From positions 14,229,299 through 14,293,298 of the forward strand of contig NC_069000.1 of NCBI RefSeq assembly GCF_001194135.2: a stretch of DNA of 64,000 bases, given 5' to 3'. Below are positions 1 through 12,185 of this stretch, one piece after another. A program made the position numbers and the translations under genes. Position 1 is the first letter of the stretch. Each line of letters begins with the position of its first letter. The notes below the pieces were generated by a model that saw nothing but the letters and a program-made list of their open reading frames with translations, was not told where the DNA came from and did no database searches. Source of the stretch: Octopus bimaculoides. Taxonomy: Eukaryota.

Positions 1-717
1 AGGGATTTGAACTCAGAATGTAAAGAGCCGTGATTAAACACCGCGATGTAGTGACTGCTACGCTGTTGTGACGATTTGTTACTCCAGGAAATAAAATAGA
101 GGGGAAAAAACGAAACCTGAAAAGAGAATGTTGAATAAAATAAGGCTAACATGCCCACAAATAATATACCAACCTCGTTTTCTGACTCCTCATATGTGTA
201 AATAAATTCGAGCTGTTTGTTTTGATCAACTGTTTCATTATATTCTTTGCCGAAAGTAGCATTATTATGAACAAAAGTTGTCGGGCTTTGGCCCGGTTTT
301 TTAATTATTTCATAATCATACGGGTCTCTAATTTGTGAAACATCTTGTTTTATATGTTTTGTCAAGGAAAGTTGTTTACTTGGGGTGTTATTATGTTCCT
401 CCTCAGTGTCTGTACGGGAAACAAATTCATTCGCTTGATAATCATTGCAATATATTTGCCTGGCATTCATTAAAATACAGAGGAAAATTATCTGGTATTG
501 TGAGCTAAAAATGATTCGAATACGATTATACATTTCCAAGTATGTAAAGACGAGAACTACATCAAGACACACAGACGACAGTCAAAGAGATATATATGCG
601 TGTGTATATAAGTGCTACTGATTAAAGTTGTTGACATCCAGAGTTATCTTTCCTGATAATTCATTTCAAAATCCTGAAAAGCTCTCATTTGTTAGAAAGA
701 AATAGTAGGATGTGATC

Positions 718-850
718 GCCGAGGTCGACTTTGCCTTTCACCCTTTCGGAGTCGATAAATTAAGTACCAGTTGCGTACTAGGATCGATCTAATCGACTGG
801 CTTCCTTCCCCCCAAATTTCGGGCCCTGTGCCTAGAGTAGAAAAAGAATA
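718..850 (+). mobile_element. SINE family C, 3' part
   Basis: gccgaggtcgactttgcctttcaccctttcggagtcgataaattaagtaccag motif. Related copies at ~30860-31020 (+), ~32550-32750 (-) and three tandem copies at ~51150-51750 (-). Confidence 0.7.
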
Positions 851-2092
851 GCAGGGCGTGGGCAGCTTCTATGACTTACTCAAAACTTTAACTGATACGA
901 CTAATGTTACGCATTTCTGTTATAGTCGTCAGAAGAAAAAAATGGGTAAATGTGACACTGAGGAAAAATTCAAAACAGTTGCAGTTCTAAGAAAGAATGA
1001 TTAGGAAAAGTGAGTCACAGTTAGATCGATGCGGGGAGAGAGAGAGAGTCGAGAAGAAAGAAACGGAAAATTTAACGTTTAAGTCAGCACTGTTCGTCGA
1101 AGTAAGAATACAATCTTTTTGAGCTCCAGTGAATACACGTTTTTCATGTTTCTTTGAGTACTGTATTGAGACAAGCATGACCGAATTTATGTATCAGCCA
1201 ATATGGGTCCTGATCCATGGCCCAAAGTCCCCTAAGCATTGGAGCTCCTTTAACTTAGAGAAGCCTAAAGCCTGGAGTTAAAATTTTTTTTTATATATTT
1301 GCAGTAATCAAAATTAATAATTTGTAATTTTTTTTATTTATCTAAATATTTTTAAATCCACTTGAGTTCTTTTAGAATTATTGAGCCCTTTTCTGATTTA
1401 TTGGACTTTTAAATTTAAAAGCCATTAAATTTAATTTAGTCTCTCTGAATCTACCGAGGCCCTTTTAAGTTTTTGGACCTCTTCAAATTTTGGGGAGATC
1501 CTAGATTTAGTGGAGCCCTCTTTGTTATAATAAAAATGATATAATGAACTTATTATATACAGTGCTCAAATGCATTACAACTCATCAAAATCGGTAACCA
1601 GAAGTGCATGTACAGTACATATAATAATGCACGAAAAGGCAAGAAAGTTATCTGTATATTACAGTTCTTGTAGCTTCCTTTTGTTACAGACTGCCATTCT
1701 CAGTTTCAATGTGGAGAAACCTGGTGACATAGAAGAGTTCTGGTGCTAGAAGACAATCCTACCTTGCACATATGCATACAATGAAGAGCTTAACTCTTGT
1801 CTGTCAATAGTCCCTCAAACAATCATCCCATTGCAGAATTAACTAGTAACAATGTTAAAACTTTATTGGAACAGCTGAAACTGATGAGGACATCCTTTAA
1901 GATCTCTCTTTGCACAGTTTAACTGCTTTGGAGAGAATGACAAAGGCCAAAACCAGATCCTGATGTTGCTTATGACGTTGCCTAGCTCTGAAAATACCTG
2001 AGGTTGGGATTGAAGCTACATACATACATATTTATACACACACACACACACACACACTCACACGTACTCACAGAATTGTCTCTAAATTTTAC

Positions 2093-3418
2093 AAGGGCCT
2101 TAGAGTCAACTTAGCTAAAACCAAAATCCTAATAAGTAGGAAGGTAGATAAAACACAAACCCCTTCAGGTAGATGGCCCTGCTCAGTATGTAGAAAAGGA
2201 GTAGGTAGTAACTCTATAAGATGTACCCGGTGCAAGCTATGGACACATAAGAGGTGCAGCAACATCAAAGGCAGGTTAACTAGGAAGTTAGTTTTTGTAT
2301 GTGGCAGCTGTTCAGGTGCAATAAAGACTGTAAACAAACAGGAAACAACTTCTATCTCATTTCAGGGTGAAAAACTAGAGGTAGTCGATAGCTTCCGNNN
2401 NNNNNNNNNNNNNNNNNNNNNNNNNNNNNNNNNNNNNNNNNNNNNNNNNNNNNNNNNNNNNNNNNNNNNNNNNNNNNNNNNNNNNNNNNNNNNNNNNNNN
2501 NNNNNNNNNNNNNNNNNNNNNNNNNNNNNNNNNNNNNNNNNNNNNNNNNNNNNNNNNNNNNNNNNNNNNNNNNNNNNNNNNNNNNNNNNNNNNNNNNNNN
2601 NNNNNNNNNNNNNNNNNNNNNNNNNNNNNNNNNNNNNNNNNNNNNNNNNNNNNNNNNNNNNNNNNNNNNNNNNNNNNNNNNNNNNNNNNNNNNNNNNNNN
2701 NNNNNNNNNNNNNNNNNNNNNNNNNNNNNNNNNNNNNNNNNNNNNNNNNNNNNNNNNNNNNNNNNNNNNNNNNNNNNNNNNNNNNNNNNNNNNNNNNNNN
2801 NNNNNNNNNNNNNNNNNNNNNNNNNNNNNNNNNNNNNNNNNNNNNNNNNNNNNNNNNNNNNNNNNNNNNNNNNNNNNNNNNNNNNNNNNNNNNNNNNNNN
2901 NNNNNNNNNNNNNNNNNNNNNNNNNNNNNNNNNNNNNNNNNNNNNNNNNNNNNNNNNNNNNNNNNNNNNNNNNNNNNNNNNNNNNNNNNNNNNNNNNNNN
3001 NNNNNNNNNNNNNNNNNNNNNNNNNNNNNNNNNNNNNNNNNNNNNNNNNNNNNNNNNNNNNNNNNNNNNNNNNNNNNNNNNNNNNNNNNNNNNNNNNNNN
3101 NNNNNNNNNNNNNNNNNNNNNNNNNNNNNNNNNNNNNNNNNNNNNNNNNNNNNNNNNNNNNNNNNNNNNNNNNNNNCATAAAAGACACCATTTCGAGCGT
3201 GGCCGTTGCTAGTATCGCCTGACTGGCCTTCGTGCAGGTGACACGTAAAAGCACCTACTACACTCTCTGAGTGGTTGGCGTTAGGAAGGGCATCCAGCTG
3301 TAGAAACTCTGCCAAATTTAGATTGGAGCCTGGTGTTGCCATCCGGTTTCACCAGTCCTCAGTCAAGTCGTCCAACCCATGCTAGCATGGAAAGCGGACG
3401 TTAAACGATGATGATGAT
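2093..3418 (+). mobile_element. 5'-truncated RTE-clade LINE (RT C-terminal region with C4HC3 finger, assembly gap, 3' tail)
   Basis: 2093-2397 is stop-free: KGLRVNLAKTKILIS...GRWPCSVCRKGVGSNSIRCTRCKLWTHKRCSNIKG...FVCGSCS...EKLEVVDSF. After the gap comes the 3' UTR ending ACGTTAAAC(GAT)n. The element is flanked by a direct repeat (~2031-2086 and ~3423-3473). Confidence 0.8.
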
Positions 3419-4463
3419 ACTTATTTATACACACACACACACACTCACATGTACTCACAGAATTGTCTCTAAAAGTTTGCTTATAAGAAAAGGAATTAAA
3501 CTTGTTTCCTAGATAACAGGGCAAAATTAAGCCAAGTAATTTTATCTCTTTGTATTGCTTTTTTTATCAAAGAAATATTGCTATTATACGTCAAGGTATA
3601 GCAATAATGTTATCATACTACTTTGGGTCAAAGTATTAAGCTGAGAAAGTACTAAACTGAATCATTATATCAGTTTTATTTTTGAATATGAATTCATTTC
3701 TGTTAATAACTGATTTTATATTTATATCTTCTAAAAATACTTTGGGCACACACTGTAATATACGTGCATCAACTGCTGAGAACAATTATTAAAATAAGTC
3801 TATTGTGTCTCATTAAAATGAAACCAACATATACAATTCTAAATTTGACAAAAATCTACACATAGGTGCAGGCATGGTTGGGTTGTAAGAAGCTTGCTTC
3901 CCAATCACATGGTTTTGGGTTCAGTCCCACTGCATGGAACCTTGGGCAAATGTCTTCTACTATAGCCCCAGGCTGACCAAAATCCTTGTGAGTGATTTCA
4001 GTAGATGAAAGAAGTTTGTCATATATGTGTGTGTTACTGCTTCCTTGCCTTGACTTCATATGATAATTGTAAATGAATGTCACTGACGTGCAAGCTGTGT
4101 CCTTCATTTCATCTTCCTTAAAAAAACCTGCCTGGTTATGGGGAATATTACCTTACTTGGAAACAGTTGAGGGTTGGTGACAGGAAAGGTATCTGGCTAT
4201 GGCAAATCCACTTCTACAAATTCTGTCCAACCCATGCAAGCACAAGCATGAAAAAGTGGAAGTTAAAATGGAGTGTTTTGCTCAAGAACACAACTCATCA
4301 TCCTGTCCAAGAATTGAACCCACAATCTCATGATTATAACATCCTAACCACTAGGTCATGCACCCTCACTTGGGAGAAATACTGAGCAAATAACCATATA
4401 TCTGAAAAAAAATTTCAAGAGGTAAGAAAAGACAAAAAAATTTCCTCGATTCTATTCTGTGAC

Positions 4464-4469
4464 TTTATT
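4464..4469 (-). terminator. Candidate polyadenylation signal (AATAAA) of the SAXO-like gene
   Basis: tttatt on the + strand, about 54 nt past the stop codon. Confidence 0.5.
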
Positions 4470-4522
4470 CAATTTCAGTGTTATACAATTTTAGAAACTA
4501 TTTCATTGGTCTTATAAATGTG

Positions 4523-4819
4523 TTACTGAACTTTCTGTATGTTCCTTGGTTTCTGACTTGGCATGGATAATATCACAGAGTTCCGTGATTGTGAATTATT
4601 CTTCATTTGATTTTTCAATTTTTGCTGAATTAAATAGACTTGCGCTTTACACATTTTCACTTTAGGCTTTATGAATGTTGATCGATAATTTGTTGTCATT
4701 TCTTGATTGATCGGTGTTTTTTCTTGCCATAATTCATCTGAAGGTTTGTAGCTCACAGTTTCCTCATGTCTTTTTGGTGTGTATGTTGTTTTTGTTGTTG
4801 TCTCAGAATGGAACTTTGT
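4523..4819 (-). CDS. SAXO: SAXO-like terminal exon 8 (TKFHSETTTKTTY...KVQ*)
   Basis: Acceptor ttttcttcattacctAG, 297 nt to TAA at 4525-4523, followed by AATAAA. Confidence 0.85.
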   Translation of the reverse strand, partial: TKFHSETTTKTTYTPKRHEETVSYKPSDELWQEKTPINQEMTTNYRSTFIKPKVKMCKAQVYLIQQKLKNQMKNNSQSRNSVILSMPSQKPRNIQKVQ

Positions 4820-7800
4820 CTAGGTAATGAAGAAAATAAATAATAGAAAACTAATACACATGGTTGAGAAGCAAGCTTGTTAATCACACAGCTACACCTG
4901 TGCCTATAAGCACACATACACCTGTTGATATTTATAAGTAGAACTCTTACCTGTGGAGGGACATAGTTATTTGATTCATATGGATCTCGATATTGGGTAC
5001 GTGGTCTTATAGTCCATTTTTGAAAGAATTCTTTATTTGAAGTAGTACCATCAAAAACAGCATCAGTGTTTCCCCATGATTTTAAACAGGATTTTGGCAC
5101 CACAAGTTTGGAACGCAAATTGGAAGGGAAACGGAGATCAATAGGACAGTAATCTCTCTAAGAATAAAACAGAAATATCTATTAATTATACAGAAATTAA
5201 CATCAATTCGGTTCTGTTTTCTTGTTTCTTTACAAATATCAATATTTTATGCATTCTTTATATCATCATCATCATAATCATCCATGTGGGCATTAGTGTA
5301 AACTCTTTGTCCAAAGAATAAATATCATCAATAATTTCCTCATCTGCAAAGAGTCTAAGCCTTGCTTATTTACAAGATGAAGTGTTGGGTTCATCACAGA
5401 CAAATTTCATCACAAAATTGTCTTTTTTTTTTTTTAATTAAAAACAAAAGTAAACAATTATGAGAGACACCATTAACAATGAGTCATAAACACACTTGAC
5501 TACAAATCTGTGACATGATCAATTGTCTAATTTTAGTATCTTATCTTCCTTTTCTATGTGTTTGTTAATTACCACTTCAGCAGGAATCCGGCAGAAATAC
5601 CATTTAAGTAATTTCCACTATTGCTATTTCCACATGACAGAGTTAACATACAGAGAACTTAATTGTTTGCAATTAAATTGTAACTTGACAAATAGAAGTG
5701 AATAGCTTAACACTTTTGTTGCCCTATTTATGTTGAAATATGCTTCCTGTGTTTCAATTAATTTTTATAATAATGAAGAATTTTAATAAAATAACTGTCA
5801 CTATCAAGCTGGAGTTTGAAACATAAATTAACATTAGAAATTAAAATTAAAATTAGAAAAGTTAAGTTTGTATCATAGAACCAAGGCCAGTCTCAGAAGG
5901 GTTAGTACCAACTGGTTTGAATGAGTTCAGTTATGTTGGAAACTTTGATAAATTTAAAATTTTTCCATGCAACCCATACTGACAAGCAGAGAATTTATTT
6001 TTCTGCCAATTTAATAGTAGTTTGGCAAATCGAAGCAAATAAATTAAACAAGATCAGAATAAACATACCTTCTGAGAAGACAAACTTTCCACTTTTACAG
6101 TTGGTTTGACATATTTTTCTGTTTCTTTTTTGAAAGATTGTCGCACTGGGTGTTTTTGAATATCATGACCTTTATATATAGCTCTTTGTTCAGTTTCGAA
6201 GCACCGTCTATCGATATTAAAAAAAAAGCATTTCTAAGTGTAAAAACCACTATTGAAATCAAAATCAAAGGTCTCCTAAATTTCAAATGAACACACTGTA
6301 TAGGTAGAGTTTATTTTAACACACATATCTCATGCAAACAGGTTTGTCAAAAACCGTCATATTTCAAGGCTATGTTGTCACAGTGCTAAGATGTGCTGTT
6401 AATGCAACAAACCTGAACACTGAGATAATACTGTTTCAAAAGTACTCTTTCCCACTTAACTCATAATACACATAAAAAGAGAGATAAAGAAGCTCTTNNN
6501 NNNNNNNNNNNNNNNNNNNNNNNNNNNNNNNNNNNNNNNNNNNNNNNNNNNNNNNNNNNNNNNNNNNNNNNNNNNNNNNNNNNNNNNNNNNNNNNNNNNN
6601 NNNNNNNNNNNNNNNNNNNNNNNNNNNNNNNNNNNNNNNNNNNNNNNNNNNNNNNNNNNNNNNNNNNNNNNNNNNNNNNNNNNNNNNNNNNNNNNNNNNN
6701 NNNNNNNNNNNNNNNNNNNNNNNNNNNNNNNNNNNNNNNNCAGTTTCCGTCTACCAAATCCACTCACAAGGCTTTGGTCGGCCCGAGGCTATAGTAGAAG
6801 ACACTTGCCCAAGGTGCCACGCAGTGCGACTGAACCCTGAACCATGTGGTTGGTAAACGAGCTACTTACCACACAGCCAATGAGGAGGTGCTGAAAAGTT
6901 CCTGGCTTTGGGTAAAAGAAAATACAGGAGGATCAGTTAATTATGATTTTATTGAACATATTCCCCTCTCAGATTCACACACTTTATTTCGGTGGTCCCT
7001 CAGTTTTTCTAAGCCCTGTAAAAGAACTCAGAAGGTTGGGCCTCCAACCAGGCATTTCACAATACCATTAAAGCCAGGAACTTTTCAGTAACCCCTCATA
7101 TATAGCAATCAACCTGTAACCACCCAGGTTGATAGCCCCCATCTTAGAATTGATAATCCTTTCTATTATAGGCACAAAGCCTGAAATTTTGTGGAGAAGG
7201 GGCTAGTCAGTTTTATTGACCCCAGTGCTCAACTGGGATACTTATTTTATAGAGTGCCAAAATTTGAAACCAATATAAAAAGAGTGAAGAGCAGTCATCT
7301 ATTTTCATTTGAACACATTAAAAATAATACAATTAAAATTAGATCAAAAGGCAAGTTATAAATCAAGTGTGAATAAGCATTTTCAAGAAACAGCCCACAT
7401 GAGACAAGGCTTATGATCTGGCAAATGACACTACTAAAAATATTTGAGGTAACTTTTCATTGGGCGTCTCATTCAGAAAGTTCTGTAGGCTACAGGTTGC
7501 TATTGACATACCAACCATTTCATACAGTGCACGGGAGGAAGGAGGGGCCTTTTTTTTTTTTACATGGCACCAGCATAAGGGAGATCACTAAGTAACTCAC
7601 AATTCAAGGGCCTTCAGCCAAAGGAATGTAGTAATGAGGGACTGGGGATGGGCGGTATGCCAGATGATGATAAAGGGGTAGAAACAGATCTCTTGCAGTA
7701 GAGGAGATACATGGCTACCTCAGTCGGAAAAGAAGAGAGGATGGTGCAGATGTATCAGGGCATACCCTCAACTTACAAAGAAACAAACATTAGAGAAATG

Positions 7801-10800
7801 ATCCAGAAGATCAAACTATATACATTAAATAAACTCATGTTAAAGATATATTTACTCTATCATTTTAGATAAAAACAATAACCTGTTATCATGTGATAAT
7901 TTCAATGATGTCTGTGGCGGTTTTACCATTTTAGCTGGTGATGGTTGTCTTTCTTTAAAACCTGGATATGCATGCTGAAAATGAGTTTTTCCTTCAAATT
8001 TTATATGGTTATTCACTCCTAAATTACTTCCATTTTCACTTTTACTTTTATAATCGTCTTCCTTTTTTGATCTTAATTGTGCAGTGTACGGTTTAAATGT
8101 TGTTTGATGTGTTGTCTTCATGTCCATATATCCTTAATGAGAATATAACAAATGGGAATTGTAATGCAACAATGGATAATTTAATTAAGATCTCAGACTT
8201 TTAGTTTTCATTAATAACAAACATACAATAAAATCTGTGTATCGACACATGAGTTCACATCAAGAATCTTGCAAACCAAATATAACAGGAAATAATTACC
8301 TTGGGATCGTAAAACTGTTTCTGCCATTTTGATAGGATATGAACGAGGAGCTATTTTGCCACAGTATGTGTCCTGTGTAGTGCTTTCTGGCAATGGTTCT
8401 TTATTTGGAAAGATTATAGAATCTAGAAAATAAAAATAACTTTCTTAAATATATTTATGAAACAAAACTTGCAGTAAGACGGAAAATAATATTTATTTTT
8501 GTATACTTCCACTTTATTTATATTTGAAATGTTTTCTAATAACATTAACGTGCAAGTGGCTGAGCACTCCACAGACACGTGTACCCTTAACGTAGTTCTC
8601 GGGGATATTCAGCGTGACACGGTGTGACAAGGCTGACCCTTTGAATTACAGGCACAACAGAAACAGGAAGTAAGAGTGAGAGAAAGTTGTGGGGGAAGAG
8701 TACAGCAGGGTTCACCACCATCCCCTACCGGAGCCTCGTGGAGCTTTTAGGTGTTTTTCGCTCAATAAACACTCACAACGCCCGGTTTGGGAATCGAAAC
8801 TGTGATCCTATGACCGCGAGTCCGCTGCCCTAACCACTGTGCCTCCACATTTAACAGAGTAATCTGAATACTAAAGGGTTAAACATGTCACCCACTTCTC
8901 TTCTCATGTACATCGTTTCTCTGTTGAGTTTCCTGTTAGTCATAAGCCCCTTTATTCTAATAGCTTCTTTTCTTCAACTGCTGCTCCCTAAAAATCCTTA
9001 CCACCATCTTGTTTGCATTTGGTCCTTGACAGTCAATCCTTTAAGTTTTCTGTCTTTAGAATTTGTAGGCTCCTTCTTTACCTTCTTCGTAGTCCTTTAT
9101 GCTACAGTGGCCTTAACACTTTTTGGGGACAAAATCATATAAAAAAAATAATAACTTCTTACCGGTAGAAGATGAAATTTCATGGAAGGGCAAAGTTATC
9201 TGAGGTGGCCATGCTTTATAATCTTCTTTTGTTGTTGTGGTACCAAACTTGATGCCATCAAATCTCATAATACTTGCTTTTTTAGGCAACGTTGCTGGAA
9301 CAGCAGGTATTCTCTTCTTTGGAATAAAATCATTACGGTAAGAAGTAGTATACGTAAATGGCTCAGACGGTGGTTCATATATCCTCTCCTACAATGACAA
9401 AGTAAGAATATACCATTTACCATTTTTTTTTTAACCTTATACTCGTTTCAGTCATAGGATTGCAGCCATGCTGGGGCACCCACCACCTTCAAAGGCTTTG
9501 TTGATTGAATTGACCTCAGTATGTATGTACGTACGTACGTATGTATGTATGTACATATGTATGTACGTATGTATGTATGTATGTACGTATGTATGTACGT
9601 ATGTATGTATGTACGTATGTATGTGTATGTATGTATGTATAGAGAGAGAGAGTTGTGTGTGTGTGTGTGTATGTTCCCTACCACCACTTGACTACTGATT
9701 TTGGCTTGTTTATATCTCCATCACTTAGTAGCCTAAGAAGTGGCATCACTTGGGGCCACAAAAAGAAACTGATAGACTAAGTACCAGACTTTAAAATAAG
9801 TACTGGAATAAATTCGTACAATTAAACCTTTCAAGGCAGTACCCCAACATGGAGGATACAGTCTCACAACAGAAACATATAAAAGATTAAAAGATAAAAA
9901 ATAAATGTTTTTAAAGCGAAAAGTGAGCAGCATCAAATATTTACAACTTACTATGAATATTGGTTTCCTCCTTTCAACTTTATCATAAGATTTAAATTCT
10001 GATCTTTGGTGTGTTTCAAAAGACATAGCAGATGACAGAACATTGCTTGGTAATAGCAGGGGACGTTTGCTGGACCTTGGTCGAGGATCTTGAACAGCTT
10101 TGTAAGTTTCAGAATAATTTGTTTCAGGTAACTTTTCATTATTTCTTTGTAAAATAACAGGTGTGTTTTTCTGAAATTTCTGTTTCCTCTTATGATGTCT
10201 AATGAAAAACAAAAATAAATAAAAAAATCAATAACATATTTAAATGAACTTCATTTTTTTTTTTTTTGTAATATTCTTTTAGTTGTGGACATGGCTATAG
10301 GAACAAGTATGGCTGTATAGTTGAGTAGTTTGCTTCCTAACCAGGTGGTTTGGGGTTCACTATTATTGTGTTGTACCTTGAGCAAGTATCTTCTACTATA
10401 ACTCCAGATCAACCAAAGCCTTGTGAGTGGATTTTCTAGACAGAAACTGAAAGTTTATCGTATGTGTATATGTAAGGGGTGGGGTAGGAGGGGGTCTCCT
10501 TGTCTTCACATTGTGTGATAGTTGTAAATAAGTGTCACTGTCATCTAAGCATTGTCTCTCATTCTGAATATTCTACAAAAACATTGTCATTAAGCTAGTG
10601 TTAGGAACATAAATTGGGACTAAGGTTTGGTGAAAGATTTTAATTCAAAACTTATGAAAACAAGACATTTGTACTCAGAGCAAGAGCCGGTTTCAGCTGA
10701 GTTGGTAACAAAAGTGTTAATTTATACTGATACAAATACAACATTGACTTTCCACACACTAATGGTCTGGAACTTCTCATAATCTGCACTAATTTATGCT

Positions 10801-12150
10801 AATGTACAGATTCCTGCATTTCATTTAATTATTTAAATAAATTTAATATTCCCTTTTATTCTTTTATTGGCTTCCATCATTAGACTGCAGCCATGCTGAA
10901 GTACCACTCTGAGGAATTTTAAACATGCAAATCAACTCAAGTACTTACTTTTAAACCAGCTACTCAGTCTATCAGTTTTTTTTTTTTTTGCAAATTCGTT
11001 AAGTTATGAGGATGTAAACACACTAAAACTGACTGTCAATCAGTGGTGAGCGACAAACACAGACTCAAACACACACACATGCGCAAACACACACATATAT
11101 GCACGCACACATACACATGCATACATACATACATATATATATAATCCATACTAGATTAAGAGAAAAAAATGGAGAGTTAGTAGTCAATATTTATTTATTA
11201 CTAAATTGATAATCAATTCTTCCTACAGCTGTCACCATTTATACTCATTGGATAAATTACAAATTTATTTATGCATTAAATTTGCATTTATGAATTATGA
11301 GCAAAATATCATCAGGGAAAAGTTAGACATTCAAAAATTACATGGTGACCTAAGTGTTCAGATAGGTCAACATGTATAACTGGCAGGTAAGAGAGAAAAT
11401 GAACTCAGAATTGAAGGATAAAAAGAAAAGTTGAAGATGAAGGAATTTGAGGGAGTTGAAAAACGAAATGGAGGCTAATAAAGAGAAAAAGAGCAAGAAG
11501 AGAAAAGGAGATGAATCGGATGAAAAAAAGAGAACCAAATAAAGAAAGTCATTGATTTCAAATACATATACATACAAACATACACACATACATATATACA
11601 TACATACATACATACATACTTACATACATACATGTTGTATGATACTAATAAGATATCTTTTCGAACGCAGAGTTGCAGTTAGAATAGCAGAAATACAAGG
11701 CGGAAAAATTTGTCAACGATACATATTTCAACACTTCTAATAAAAACAACAAACAAATATTTGTTTGTTCACATTTATATACACATAGTTACACACACAC
11801 ACACACACATATCACACAAACATACAAATATCACACACATCACACACACATATATACACATAGCATCTTGTATTTCGAATAGTATAAACCATATGCTCTG
11901 AGCACAGAGATTGCTTGTATCCAATAAGTATAGATGGAAACAGCTGTAGGAAGAATTGATTATCAATTTAGTAATAAATAAATATTGACTACTAACTCTC
12001 CATTTTCTTCTCTTAATTTAATACTGGTTATATACATAGCATATACTTATTGCTTTAGGGAAATTTTATTTCCCAAAGACATAAAGTATAGAACTAGTGT
12101 TTTCTTGGATGTACTCATCCCTTTAAGAGGTCAATATATCATCTAATTAA

Positions 12151-12185
<35 letters not shown>

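Noticed and set aside
1690-2010. Acceptor-like site at ~1690 and a faint BEL/Pao-like peptide (EEFWC, NNHPIAEL)
   Set aside because: All three frames stop within 20 codons and the similarity is too weak without a search.
2352-3342. Long ORFs in the track made mostly of X (also 6456-6767, 12383-12685, 32722-33225, 35418-36072, 42457-43024, 48307-49050)
   Set aside because: They are artefacts of reading through N-gaps.
10170-10172. Internal acceptor tttcAG|AAAAAC in SAXO-like exon 2
   Set aside because: It is phase 0 and incompatible with the phase-2 donor of exon 1. The acceptor at 10199 gives the in-frame CG-HH motif.
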